This document shows, piece by piece, positions 35,707-43,733 of a DNA stretch of 64,000 bases. The position numbers and the translations under genes are program-made. The notes under the pieces were generated by a model. That model saw only the letters and a program-made list of their open reading frames with translations. It was not told where the DNA came from and did no database searches. The stretch is from the NCBI GenBank assembly GCA_041691255.1, contig JBEPUY010000005.1, positions 22,114 to 86,113 of the forward strand, in the 5' to 3' direction. Positions within the stretch are counted from its first letter, which is position 1. Each line of letters starts with the position of its first letter. The DNA comes from Granulicella sp. (GTDB lineage Bacteria; Acidobacteriota; Terriglobia; Terriglobales; Acidobacteriaceae).

Positions 35707-36711
35707 ATGAATATGCGCCTCCGAATTGGTCTCCTTGTCGTAGCCGCCTTCGCAACCTCCTGCAACCTGGCTCTTGCCTCCCCCATTTTGCCGGGTCAAG
35801 TCACTCAGATCGTCGGCTTCGGCGACAGCCTCTCCGATGCTGGCAACGCCTCCATCGCTACCTTCGGAGCCGCGCCCGGCCCGGGTTACGCAACCCGAAG
35901 CGTCCCCGGCGTTCCCTTCCCCGTGGGATATTTCACCAACCCGGCGACAGCAACCGGCCCCGCCGGCCTCTGGATCGACCAGTTCGCCGCTAAGGTTGGA
36001 GTTGCCGATCCCTCGCCCGCGCTTGCGCCTCTCGGAGGGTCGAACTACGCAGTGGGCAGCGCTATGACCGGCAGCGCAAATCCTGCCGACATGCAGAATC
36101 AGGTGAACCTCTTTCTGGCTACCCATCCGGGCAGCGCTTCCTCCTCCGCCCTGTACACCTTTTGGGGTGGCGCTGAGGACATCTTAGGAGCCCAGAATCC
36201 AATCACCGCAGCCGACAATATCGCGGCACAGATCACACAGGTGGCCGCCGATGGCGGACACAATTTTCTCTGGCTGAACCAGCCAGGTCTCGGCGGGATT
36301 CCCGCACTTAGCGGTGATCCCGTCGCAACCGCCGAGGCAAACTTCGCCTCCATGGAATTCAATCAGGAATGGGCATTGCAGGTGAGCAATCTGGACAGCC
36401 TGGGGATTAACGTGATCGGCGTGGACATCGACACGCTGTATAACAACATTCTGGCCAACCCGGGAGCTTACGGGTTCAACGATGTGGCCGATGCTTGCAA
36501 CGCGACCATTGGATGCAATCCCGATACGTTTCTTTACTGGGATAGTTTGCACCCGACAACCTCCGCCGATTCGCTGGTCGCCGACCTCGCCTTTCAGGAC
36601 GCCTTCGGCACCACCGTCACACCAGAACCTCCAACTGTCACGCTCTTCGCTCTGGGCGGGGCAGGCCTGCTCCTGCTCTGGAGATCAAAGCGGCAGGCGG
36701 CCCGCGCATAA
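35707..36711 (+). CDS. SGNH/GDSL-family lipase/esterase with C-terminal PEP-CTERM anchor
   Basis: It has a signal peptide, block I 'VGFGDSLSDAGN', block V 'YWDSLHPT', and the C-terminus 'TPEPPTVTLFALGGAGLLLLWRSKRQAARA'. The ATG at 35707 follows AGAGGAAA. Confidence 0.85.
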   Translation: MNMRLRIGLLVVAAFATSCNLALASPILPGQVTQIVGFGDSLSDAGNASIATFGAAPGPGYATRSVPGVPFPVGYFTNPATATGPAGLWIDQFAAKVGVADPSPALAPLGGSNYAVGSAMTGSANPADMQNQVNLFLATHPGSASSSALYTFWGGAEDILGAQNPITAADNIAAQITQVAADGGHNFLWLNQPGLGGIPALSGDPVATAEANFASMEFNQEWALQVSNLDSLGINVIGVDIDTLYNNILANPGAYGFNDVADACNATIGCNPDTFLYWDSLHPTTSADSLVADLAFQDAFGTTVTPEPPTVTLFALGGAGLLLLWRSKRQAARA

Positions 36712-36724
36712 GCCCAACAATCCG

Positions 36725-36868
36725 AGTGGCGGGTGCCCAACCTTGACAAAACCCAGGGCCAGAAGCACCTCATCTACACAGACACCCTCTCCCAGGTCAT
36801 ACTTCAAGTCCAGACTTAACCCCAATGTTTCGAAGACTTTGGATACTTAAGTACAGGGGAGGGGTACC
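36725..36868 (+). repeat. Intact copy of the ~145-bp R145 repeat
   Basis: It is contiguous with both halves found at 32156-32248 and 35514-35583. It contains the palindrome GTACTTAAGTAC. Confidence 0.75.
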
Positions 36869-36955
36869 TCACGTCCGGGGCTTACCTGCCTGCCAGCCCC
36901 TTCTCCGATTTCACGAATCTCCTGAGAGGTAAATCGAAATGATAGGCTTTTCTCC

Positions 36956-37135
36956 ATGAGCGGCCCAACCCTTCAGCAACGACTCGACATCCTTCTCGAC
37001 CATCTCGCCGAGGCCGAACGCGAATACGCTGCCGGAATTCCCTATCCGGACCCGACTGCCGGCAACTGGCCCGGAAAGATCGCCGGAATCAAGCAGCACA
37101 TCGCGACCCTGCGCGAGATCATCGCCAACGAATAA
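36956..37135 (+). CDS. Small hypothetical protein (59 aa; below the ORF-track cutoff)
   Basis: I translated it by hand: MSGPTLQQRLDILLDHLAEAEREYAAGIPYPDPTAGNWPGKIAGIKQHIATLREIIANE*. Third-position G/C bias is strong, as in neighbouring genes. It competes with the minus-strand ORF 36911..37099. Confidence 0.4.
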   Translation: MSGPTLQQRLDILLDHLAEAEREYAAGIPYPDPTAGNWPGKIAGIKQHIATLREIIANE

Positions 37136-37247
37136 CGCTCCGGCCGCCAGACAGCCTCAAGCGGCCTTTTGGCCCTCATCGCCATCAAACCAGCATATCG
37201 ACTCGCTGGCCGCTAGCCATGCAATCGAATGAGGAGCCTCAAACCGC

Positions 37248-37739
37248 ATGGCCAAAGACTGGATCGCAGCTCTCGCACAGGACATTCAGCAGAAAAACCA
37301 CGAAGCCGCAGAAGATTACGGCAGGCAGCAGCACAAGGCAGGCATCACCGCCAACCTCGGCATGCCCTTTTTTACCACCCTCGTCTCCTGTCTCGAACAG
37401 GACGTAGCCGAAATCAGGCGCGAACTGCAAGGCGACCTCACCTCTGCTGACACAACCGTCCAGATCGTTAACATCAACGCCGTCAAGCTCACCCGCGACC
37501 GCTTCCCTTGGTTCGACGCGCACCTTATCCATCACGACGACAACATCGTTCTCGAGTACGCCAAAGACCGCGGCATCGCCGGAGATCCCAATCTCGACCG
37601 TAAGACGGTCCACTTCACCTTCGAGGTCGCCGCAGACGACACCTTCTCCGTGCAGCAGTCCTTCAGCGAGACGCCGCGCAGCTTCCAATCTCCCGAAGAG
37701 CTGTCACGTTACATCGTCGAACTACTCTTCCAGCATTAG
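37248..37739 (+). CDS. Hypothetical protein
   Basis: 163 aa. Codon bias resembles the host genes. I recognised no motif. Confidence 0.5.
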   Translation: MAKDWIAALAQDIQQKNHEAAEDYGRQQHKAGITANLGMPFFTTLVSCLEQDVAEIRRELQGDLTSADTTVQIVNINAVKLTRDRFPWFDAHLIHHDDNIVLEYAKDRGIAGDPNLDRKTVHFTFEVAADDTFSVQQSFSETPRSFQSPEELSRYIVELLFQH

Positions 37740-39022
37740 AAAAAAGTCTGCACCACGTCAATGACCTCGTATTCGCCATTCAGCACCGGCAGAGCACGCC
37801 ACTTGTCGAAGGTCAGGCACGGATGCGAGATATCGAACCCGATCATGTCGCCCACACGAATGTCGTCTCCGTTGGCAATCTGAAGATAGGCGTGCTGGTC
37901 CATCATCTTCGTAAGCTGCCACCCTGACGGAACCGCGACCGGCACGGAAGTTCCCGGCCGATAGCGCAGAACCGGCGTGGGAAGGCCTGCATCAAAGGCG
38001 GCATCGCGCTTTCCAAGCCCCACAATCGCGCGCTCTTTTTCTGGAACAGATTGAACGTAAGCCCAAAGTTGCAGCGCTGGCTGCAGGCTCGAGTGCATCT
38101 CCCGGGCAATGGGATTGCGCTTGAGAATCTCCTGCTGCGCCTCGCGATAGATACCGACGTCATGGGTCAGATAGCATCCGGGCCGCAGCACCACATCGAC
38201 AGAGTCTCCCAGCGCTGCCTTCGAAAAGACATCGGCGACCACGTCGTACCAGGCAGAGCCCGCGCCCGTAAGCAAAATGCGCTGGCTGCCAAATCGTTTT
38301 TCCAGCGCAAGTTTGCGCGTGATATCGACTGCGCGTTGCAGGAAGCCGCGAATCGCAGCCTCATCCTTCAGCACGCCTTCATAGACCTCTATTCCGCAGA
38401 GAACCAGAAGTTCGCGCCACGCATCAAGAGCAGTCAAAACCGATTGCAGCTGCTCCGCATCACGAACGCCTGTTCGGCCGCCCTCCACACCCAGCTCAAT
38501 CAGCACCTGCAGCCGCTGTCCTTTTTCGCGATAGAACTTACCGAGCTGCTCCACCTGCTCTGCCGAATCGACCAGGCAATAAAAATCGAACCCTTCGTCT
38601 TCGAGCAGCCTCGATATGATCGTCATATTCTGCTTGCCCACCAGTTGATTCGCCATCAGGACGCGCCGCACACCATGGTGATAAGCAACCGATACCTGCT
38701 GCGCAGTCGCCAATGTGATTCCCCACGCCCCGCCTTTCAACTGCAGATCAAACAGCTTCGGAGCCATGGTCGTCTTTCCATGCGGCGCCAGCTTCACTCC
38801 ATAGGCGGTGATGAATTGCTGCATCCAATTCAGGTTGTGCAGCAGCTTCTCCTGATACAGCACAGCCGTCGGCAAGCTAAGGTCTTCGCTCAGCAAATTC
38901 CATCCCCGCTGCGCAATCTCCTGCGGCTCCAGCGGATGCTCAAAGGAGCCCAGACCTTTATTAAGGGGGGCAATTCGCGAATCGGGCATAGAAATCTCAG
39001 CCACAACTTTTCTCTCTGTCAT
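37736..39022 (-). CDS. PLP-dependent amino-acid deaminase/aldolase, alanine-racemase-fold (DSD1 / D-threonine aldolase-like)
   Basis: 'VKLAPHGKTTMAPKL' is the PLP-Lys context. A C-terminal beta domain contains 'GFDISHPCLTFDKW'. The ATG at 39022 has a GAGG upstream, whereas the track start at 39055 is a TTG. Confidence 0.75.
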   Translation of the reverse strand: MTERKVVAEISMPDSRIAPLNKGLGSFEHPLEPQEIAQRGWNLLSEDLSLPTAVLYQEKLLHNLNWMQQFITAYGVKLAPHGKTTMAPKLFDLQLKGGAWGITLATAQQVSVAYHHGVRRVLMANQLVGKQNMTIISRLLEDEGFDFYCLVDSAEQVEQLGKFYREKGQRLQVLIELGVEGGRTGVRDAEQLQSVLTALDAWRELLVLCGIEVYEGVLKDEAAIRGFLQRAVDITRKLALEKRFGSQRILLTGAGSAWYDVVADVFSKAALGDSVDVVLRPGCYLTHDVGIYREAQQEILKRNPIAREMHSSLQPALQLWAYVQSVPEKERAIVGLGKRDAAFDAGLPTPVLRYRPGTSVPVAVPSGWQLTKMMDQHAYLQIANGDDIRVGDMIGFDISHPCLTFDKWRALPVLNGEYEVIDVVQTFF

Positions 39023-39111
39023 CAAGCAAACCTCAAGGAGATCATAGGATAGCAACGGTTGCGAGCCAGGTATTCTGTCGCGCCGCTGAATGTTTCCTGT
39101 AAAAAGATAGT

Positions 39112-40560
39112 ATGCCTCTCTGCGATACGCTAATCCGCAACGCGCACATCATGGACGGGAGCGGCGGTGAGCCAACCGTCGGCGACGTCGCCATCGACGG
39201 AGGACATATATGTGCCGTCGGGCAAATCTCCGACTACAACGCGCAGCAGGTCATCGACGGCAGCGGCCACATTCTCGCTCCCGGCTTCATCGACGTTCAC
39301 ACGCACGATGATACAAACGTGATCCGCACTCCGGATATGCTGCCGAAGCTATCGCAAGGTGTCACGACAGTGATCGTCGGCAACTGCGGCATCAGCGCTG
39401 CGCCTGTGCAACTCGCTGGCGCGCCTCCTGACCCGATGAACCTACTAGGCACTGCTGACGTCTTCCGTTATCCAACATTCAATTCTTATGTTGCAGCAAT
39501 CCACGAGGCGCAGCCCTCGGTCAACGTAGCAGCCTTGGTAGGCCACACGTCCCTGCGCAACAATCACATGGACCGCCTCGACCGCGCCGCCACCGCAGCA
39601 GAGATCGAGCAGATGCAGACGCAGTTGAGCGAAGCGCTGCACGCCGGAGCGTTGGGGCTCAGCTCCGGTCTGGCCTACTTGTCCGCCAATTCTGCACCCA
39701 CCGAAGAGGTCGTGGCATTGGCAGGTATGCTTGCGGCGGCCGGTGCGATTTACACCACGCATATGCGCACCGAGACCGAAGGAATTCTCGATGCGATGAA
39801 CGAGGCGTTTTACATCGGACGGCAAAGCTCCGTTCCTGTCGTTATCTCCCATCTGAAGTGCGCGGGCATCGCCAACTGGGGTCGCAGCGGAGAAGTTCTG
39901 CAAGCATTAGACAAAGCCCGCGCCACTCAGCCCGTAGGCTGCGATTGCTATCCCTACGCCGCGGGCTCCAGCACGCTCGATCTACGCCAGGTCGATGAGC
40001 GCGTCGAGATCATGATCACGTGGTGCGAACCGCATCCGGAGATGGCCGGCAAGACGCTCGCGCAGATCGCCGCAAGCTGGAATGTTGATCAGATGGAGGC
40101 CGCGCGCCGCCTGCAGCCAGCGGGAGCCATCTATCACAGCATCTCGGAAGATGACATGCGGCGCATCCTCGCGCACCCTGCAACCATGATTGGCTCCGAC
40201 GGCCTGCCCAATGATCCCCTGCCTCATCCGCGCCTCTGGGGAACCTTCCCTCGCGTACTAGGCCGCTACAGCCGCGAGCTGAAGCTATTCCCCATGACGA
40301 CAGCCGTCCATAAAATGACAGGCATGCCCGCCGCGCGATTTGGGCTGGCCGATCGCGGATTAATCAAGCAAGGCTACTGCGCTGATCTCGTGCTCTTCAA
40401 TCCAGAGACAGTACGAGACACCGCAACATTTATCAGCCCCATCAGCCCCGCGGAAGGGATCGCCGCCGTCTGGGTCAATGGTGTGTTGTCCTATCGAGAG
40501 GGCGTTTCGACCGGTCAGCGCGGCGGAAGATTTTTGCCACGTCAGTCATCACAGATCTGA
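39112..40560 (+). CDS. N-acyl-D-amino-acid deacylase family amidohydrolase (D-aminoacylase-like)
   Basis: 'IRNAHIMDGSGGEP..GDVAIDGGHICAVG...APGFIDVHTHDD' is the amidohydrolase metal site. Length is 482 aa. Confidence 0.85.
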   Translation: MPLCDTLIRNAHIMDGSGGEPTVGDVAIDGGHICAVGQISDYNAQQVIDGSGHILAPGFIDVHTHDDTNVIRTPDMLPKLSQGVTTVIVGNCGISAAPVQLAGAPPDPMNLLGTADVFRYPTFNSYVAAIHEAQPSVNVAALVGHTSLRNNHMDRLDRAATAAEIEQMQTQLSEALHAGALGLSSGLAYLSANSAPTEEVVALAGMLAAAGAIYTTHMRTETEGILDAMNEAFYIGRQSSVPVVISHLKCAGIANWGRSGEVLQALDKARATQPVGCDCYPYAAGSSTLDLRQVDERVEIMITWCEPHPEMAGKTLAQIAASWNVDQMEAARRLQPAGAIYHSISEDDMRRILAHPATMIGSDGLPNDPLPHPRLWGTFPRVLGRYSRELKLFPMTTAVHKMTGMPAARFGLADRGLIKQGYCADLVLFNPETVRDTATFISPISPAEGIAAVWVNGVLSYREGVSTGQRGGRFLPRQSSQI

Positions 40561-40596
40561 ACATCAACTTAATCAGCAGAAGCAAAGGAGCAGACA

Positions 40597-40989
40597 ATGA
40601 GCATCAAGCGGTATGGCGTAGAGGGCGGCAAAGGAACCGGTGGACAGCATCTGCCATTTTCCCGGGCCGTCGAGGCGAATGGATGGCTGTACGTCTCCGG
40701 CCAGGTTCCCATGGTCAACGGCGAGGTCGTTGTCGGAAACATCATCGTCCAGTCGCATCAGGCCATTCGCAATGTCCTGGCGATATTGCAGGAGGCAGGC
40801 TACGGGCCGGAGCACATCGTCCGCTGCGGCGTATGGCTCGACGACGCTCGCGACTTTCAATCCTTCAACGGAGTCTTCCGCGAATACTTCGGAGAGAATC
40901 CGCCTGCACGCGCCTGTGTCGTTTCGAGCATGGTGGTCGATTGCAAGGTGGAGGTCGATTGCGTCGCCTACAAGCAACCGACCGCCTGA
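40597..40989 (+). CDS. RidA/YjgF-family reactive-intermediate (enamine/imine) deaminase
   Basis: 130 aa, with 'AVEANGWLYVSGQVP' and 'PARACVVSSMVVDCKVEVDCVA'. Confidence 0.9.
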   Translation: MSIKRYGVEGGKGTGGQHLPFSRAVEANGWLYVSGQVPMVNGEVVVGNIIVQSHQAIRNVLAILQEAGYGPEHIVRCGVWLDDARDFQSFNGVFREYFGENPPARACVVSSMVVDCKVEVDCVAYKQPTA

Positions 40990-41049
40990 CGCTTATCTAC
41001 CGCTCGTGAGACTTACTTTGATCCAAGGAAATTTGATGGCTCCCACTCT

Positions 41050-42399
41050 ATGATCGACCACCATGCGATCTTTCTGCTGACCTCGGCATCGGTAGCGGTC
41101 ATCTCGCTCATCGTTCTGATTGCTGTCTGCAAGCTGAATCCGTTCATCGTCCTGTTCCTGACGTCGCTTGCCCTGGCGATGGCCACCGGCATGCCGATGC
41201 ATACGATTGTCCACTCCTTTGAAGCTGGACTCAGCGGCACCATGGGCCATATCGCGATCGTGGTTGCGCTCGGCACCATGCTCGGAAAGATGATGGCGGA
41301 ATCTGGCGGCGCCGACCGCATCGCCTACACGCTGATTCGGCTCTTCGGCGAAAAACGCATTCACTGGGCCATGATGGTGATCGGCTTTGTGGTCGGTCTG
41401 CCGGTCTTCTTTGAAGTCGGCTTCGTCCTTCTCATTCCTATCGTGTTCACCGTGGCTCGGCGCACTCGCACCTCGCTGATTCTGGTTGGCCTCCCCCTCG
41501 TCGCCGGCCTCTCCGTGGTCCACGGGCTGGTGCCGCCGCATCCGGCAGCGCTGGTTGCGGTAGCCATCTACAACGCCGACATGGGCCGCACCATCTTCTA
41601 TGCCCTGCTGGTCGCTATTCCTACCGTAGTGATGGCAGGGCCGCTCTACGCGAAGTTCATCGCCCCTCACGTTCACCTCGATCCCGATAACCCCATGGCC
41701 GCGGAGTTCGTCGATCACGGCGAAGAGCGCAGTCTGCCCAGCTTCGGCCTTACACTCGCGACGATCTTACTTCCCGTCGCATTGATGTTGGTAGGCAGTT
41801 GGGCCGACACTCTATCAACTCCCAAGAGCACATTGAACGGCGCCCTGCATCTGCTGGGCAACGCCGACATTTCCCTGCTCGTCGGAGTGTTGGTAAGCTT
41901 CATCACGCTCGGCAAGATGCGCGGCTTTGACCGCGAGTCGATCCTTAAGTTCTCCAACGAATGTCTCGCGCCCACGGCCACCATCACCTTGCTGGTCGGC
42001 GCTGGTGGAGGCTTCGGGCGCATCCTCGAGGACAGCGGCGTCTCTCAGGCCATCGTTGAGGTCGCGCTCCACGCACACGTACCGATTCTCATCCTCGCCT
42101 GGACGGTCGCCGCCCTGATTCGCCTGTCCACCGGCTCTGCCACCGTGGCCATGACCACAGCCGCCAGCATCGTGGCTCCCATCGCCATGCACACTCCCGG
42201 CGCACGGCCCGAGCTATTGGCAATCGCAACCGGCGCGGGTTCGCTCTTCTTCTCTCACGTCAACGACGGCGGCTTCTGGCTCGTCAAGGAGTACTTCAAC
42301 ATGAGCGTCGCCGACACCATCAAAACCTGGTCCGTCTGCGAGACTCTCATCTCGGTCATTGCGTTGCTGCTGACGCTGGCACTCTCAGTAGCAACCTGA
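41050..42399 (+). CDS. GntP-family gluconate/aldonate:H+ symporter
   Basis: 449 aa and polytopic. 'LLIPIVF', 'GLVPPHPA' and 'FFSHVNDGGFWLVKEYF' are typical of the GntP family. Confidence 0.9.
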   Translation: MIDHHAIFLLTSASVAVISLIVLIAVCKLNPFIVLFLTSLALAMATGMPMHTIVHSFEAGLSGTMGHIAIVVALGTMLGKMMAESGGADRIAYTLIRLFGEKRIHWAMMVIGFVVGLPVFFEVGFVLLIPIVFTVARRTRTSLILVGLPLVAGLSVVHGLVPPHPAALVAVAIYNADMGRTIFYALLVAIPTVVMAGPLYAKFIAPHVHLDPDNPMAAEFVDHGEERSLPSFGLTLATILLPVALMLVGSWADTLSTPKSTLNGALHLLGNADISLLVGVLVSFITLGKMRGFDRESILKFSNECLAPTATITLLVGAGGGFGRILEDSGVSQAIVEVALHAHVPILILAWTVAALIRLSTGSATVAMTTAASIVAPIAMHTPGARPELLAIATGAGSLFFSHVNDGGFWLVKEYFNMSVADTIKTWSVCETLISVIALLLTLALSVAT

Positions 42400-42443
42400 T
42401 CTGCGCAAAATAGATTTGATCCAACAACAGAGGAGGGAAATAA

Positions 42444-43688
42444 GTGACACCCGAAGATTTGGCAAAACAGGTCAGCATGAACGAAGCCCTCTCGCGGCGC
42501 GGATTCCTGAAGGGCGCTGCGGCCCTTTCGATAGCCTCCTCTGTCCCCGCAATCGCGCAAAGCTCTCGCAGCGGTAGAACGTTAGCCTACGTCGGCAGCT
42601 ATACCGATGCCCCCGGCGATGGCAGCAACGGAAAAGGCATCTACCTCTTCGAGATGGATCAGCAGACGGGAGCGTTGACGATGCTCAAACTCGCGACCAA
42701 AACAGCCAGCCCTTCCTGGCTCTCTCTCCATCCCTCTGGCCGCTACCTCTACGCAGCCAACGAAGTTACAAACTTTAACGGCGTCAATGGATCGGTCAGC
42801 GCCTACGCTATCGACCGCACCAGCGGCGACCTGCGCTTCCTCAACACGGTTAGCTCCGAAGGCGGCGGCCCCGCTTACATCTCGACCGACGCCGATGGAA
42901 AGTATGTCTTCGTCGCCAACTACGTCGGCGGAAGCATCGCAGTATTTCCCATCCATCCCGCCGGCTCTCTTGCCCGCGCCAGTGATGTTCAACGTGACAG
43001 CGGATCGGTGGGAAGCACCAAGCCAACCAACGCTGCGCCCGGCAGCTTTGCATGGAGCGGCCACGACGCTCCCCACGCACACATGATTGAGGCCGACCCG
43101 AACAACCGCTTTGTCCTGCACACCGATCTCGGACAGGATCGAATCTACGTGCATCGCTTCGACCAGAGCAACGGCAAGCTCACCCCTGCCGCCACGCCTT
43201 TCGTCTCGTTGCCGACCGGCGATGGTCCTCGTCACTTCGCGTTTCATCCCAATGGCCGCTGGATCTATTCCATTCAGGAAGAGGCCTCCACGCTGGCCTT
43301 TTTCCACTACGATGCCTCCACTGGCTCGCTTACCTCGCAGCAGACGATCTCGACCCTGCCGCCGGGCTTTACCGGCACCAGCTTCGCCTCCGGCGTCAGA
43401 ATCTCGGCGGACGGACGCTATCTCTACGCCGCCAACCGGCTGCACGATACCATCGCCATCTTTTCCATCGAGAGCGACGGCAGGCTCAAGCGTGTCGGTG
43501 AAGTCTCCACCATGGGCGACTACCCAAGCCAGTTCCACATCGATCCCAGCGGAAAGTTTTTATACGCATGCAACCGCAAAAGCGACGTCATCACCTCGTT
43601 CTCGATCAACCGCGAGACAGGTCTGCTCGCCTTCACCGGCCACTACACTCCTGTTGGAAGCGCGAGCTGCATCATCTTCCTCGCATAA
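42444..43688 (+). CDS. Tat-exported lactonase, 7-bladed beta-propeller (6-phosphogluconolactonase-like family)
   Basis: The twin-arginine leader is 'SRRGFLKGAAALSIASSVPAIAQS'. Repeated 'P..L.lHP.GryLY.aNe' blade motifs follow. The GTG start comes after GAGGAGGG. Confidence 0.8.
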   Translation: MTPEDLAKQVSMNEALSRRGFLKGAAALSIASSVPAIAQSSRSGRTLAYVGSYTDAPGDGSNGKGIYLFEMDQQTGALTMLKLATKTASPSWLSLHPSGRYLYAANEVTNFNGVNGSVSAYAIDRTSGDLRFLNTVSSEGGGPAYISTDADGKYVFVANYVGGSIAVFPIHPAGSLARASDVQRDSGSVGSTKPTNAAPGSFAWSGHDAPHAHMIEADPNNRFVLHTDLGQDRIYVHRFDQSNGKLTPAATPFVSLPTGDGPRHFAFHPNGRWIYSIQEEASTLAFFHYDASTGSLTSQQTISTLPPGFTGTSFASGVRISADGRYLYAANRLHDTIAIFSIESDGRLKRVGEVSTMGDYPSQFHIDPSGKFLYACNRKSDVITSFSINRETGLLAFTGHYTPVGSASCIIFLA

Positions 43689-43733
43689 GCTGATTGATTT
43701 TCGCCTTGCTCCATCGCTCACCCGGAGGTCGCT

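Noticed and set aside
36911-37099. A minus-strand 62-aa ORF from the track.
   Set aside because: It is antisense to a plus-strand 59-aa ORF that has better codon third-position bias and a more protein-like sequence. Neither is proven. I listed the plus-strand one at low confidence.
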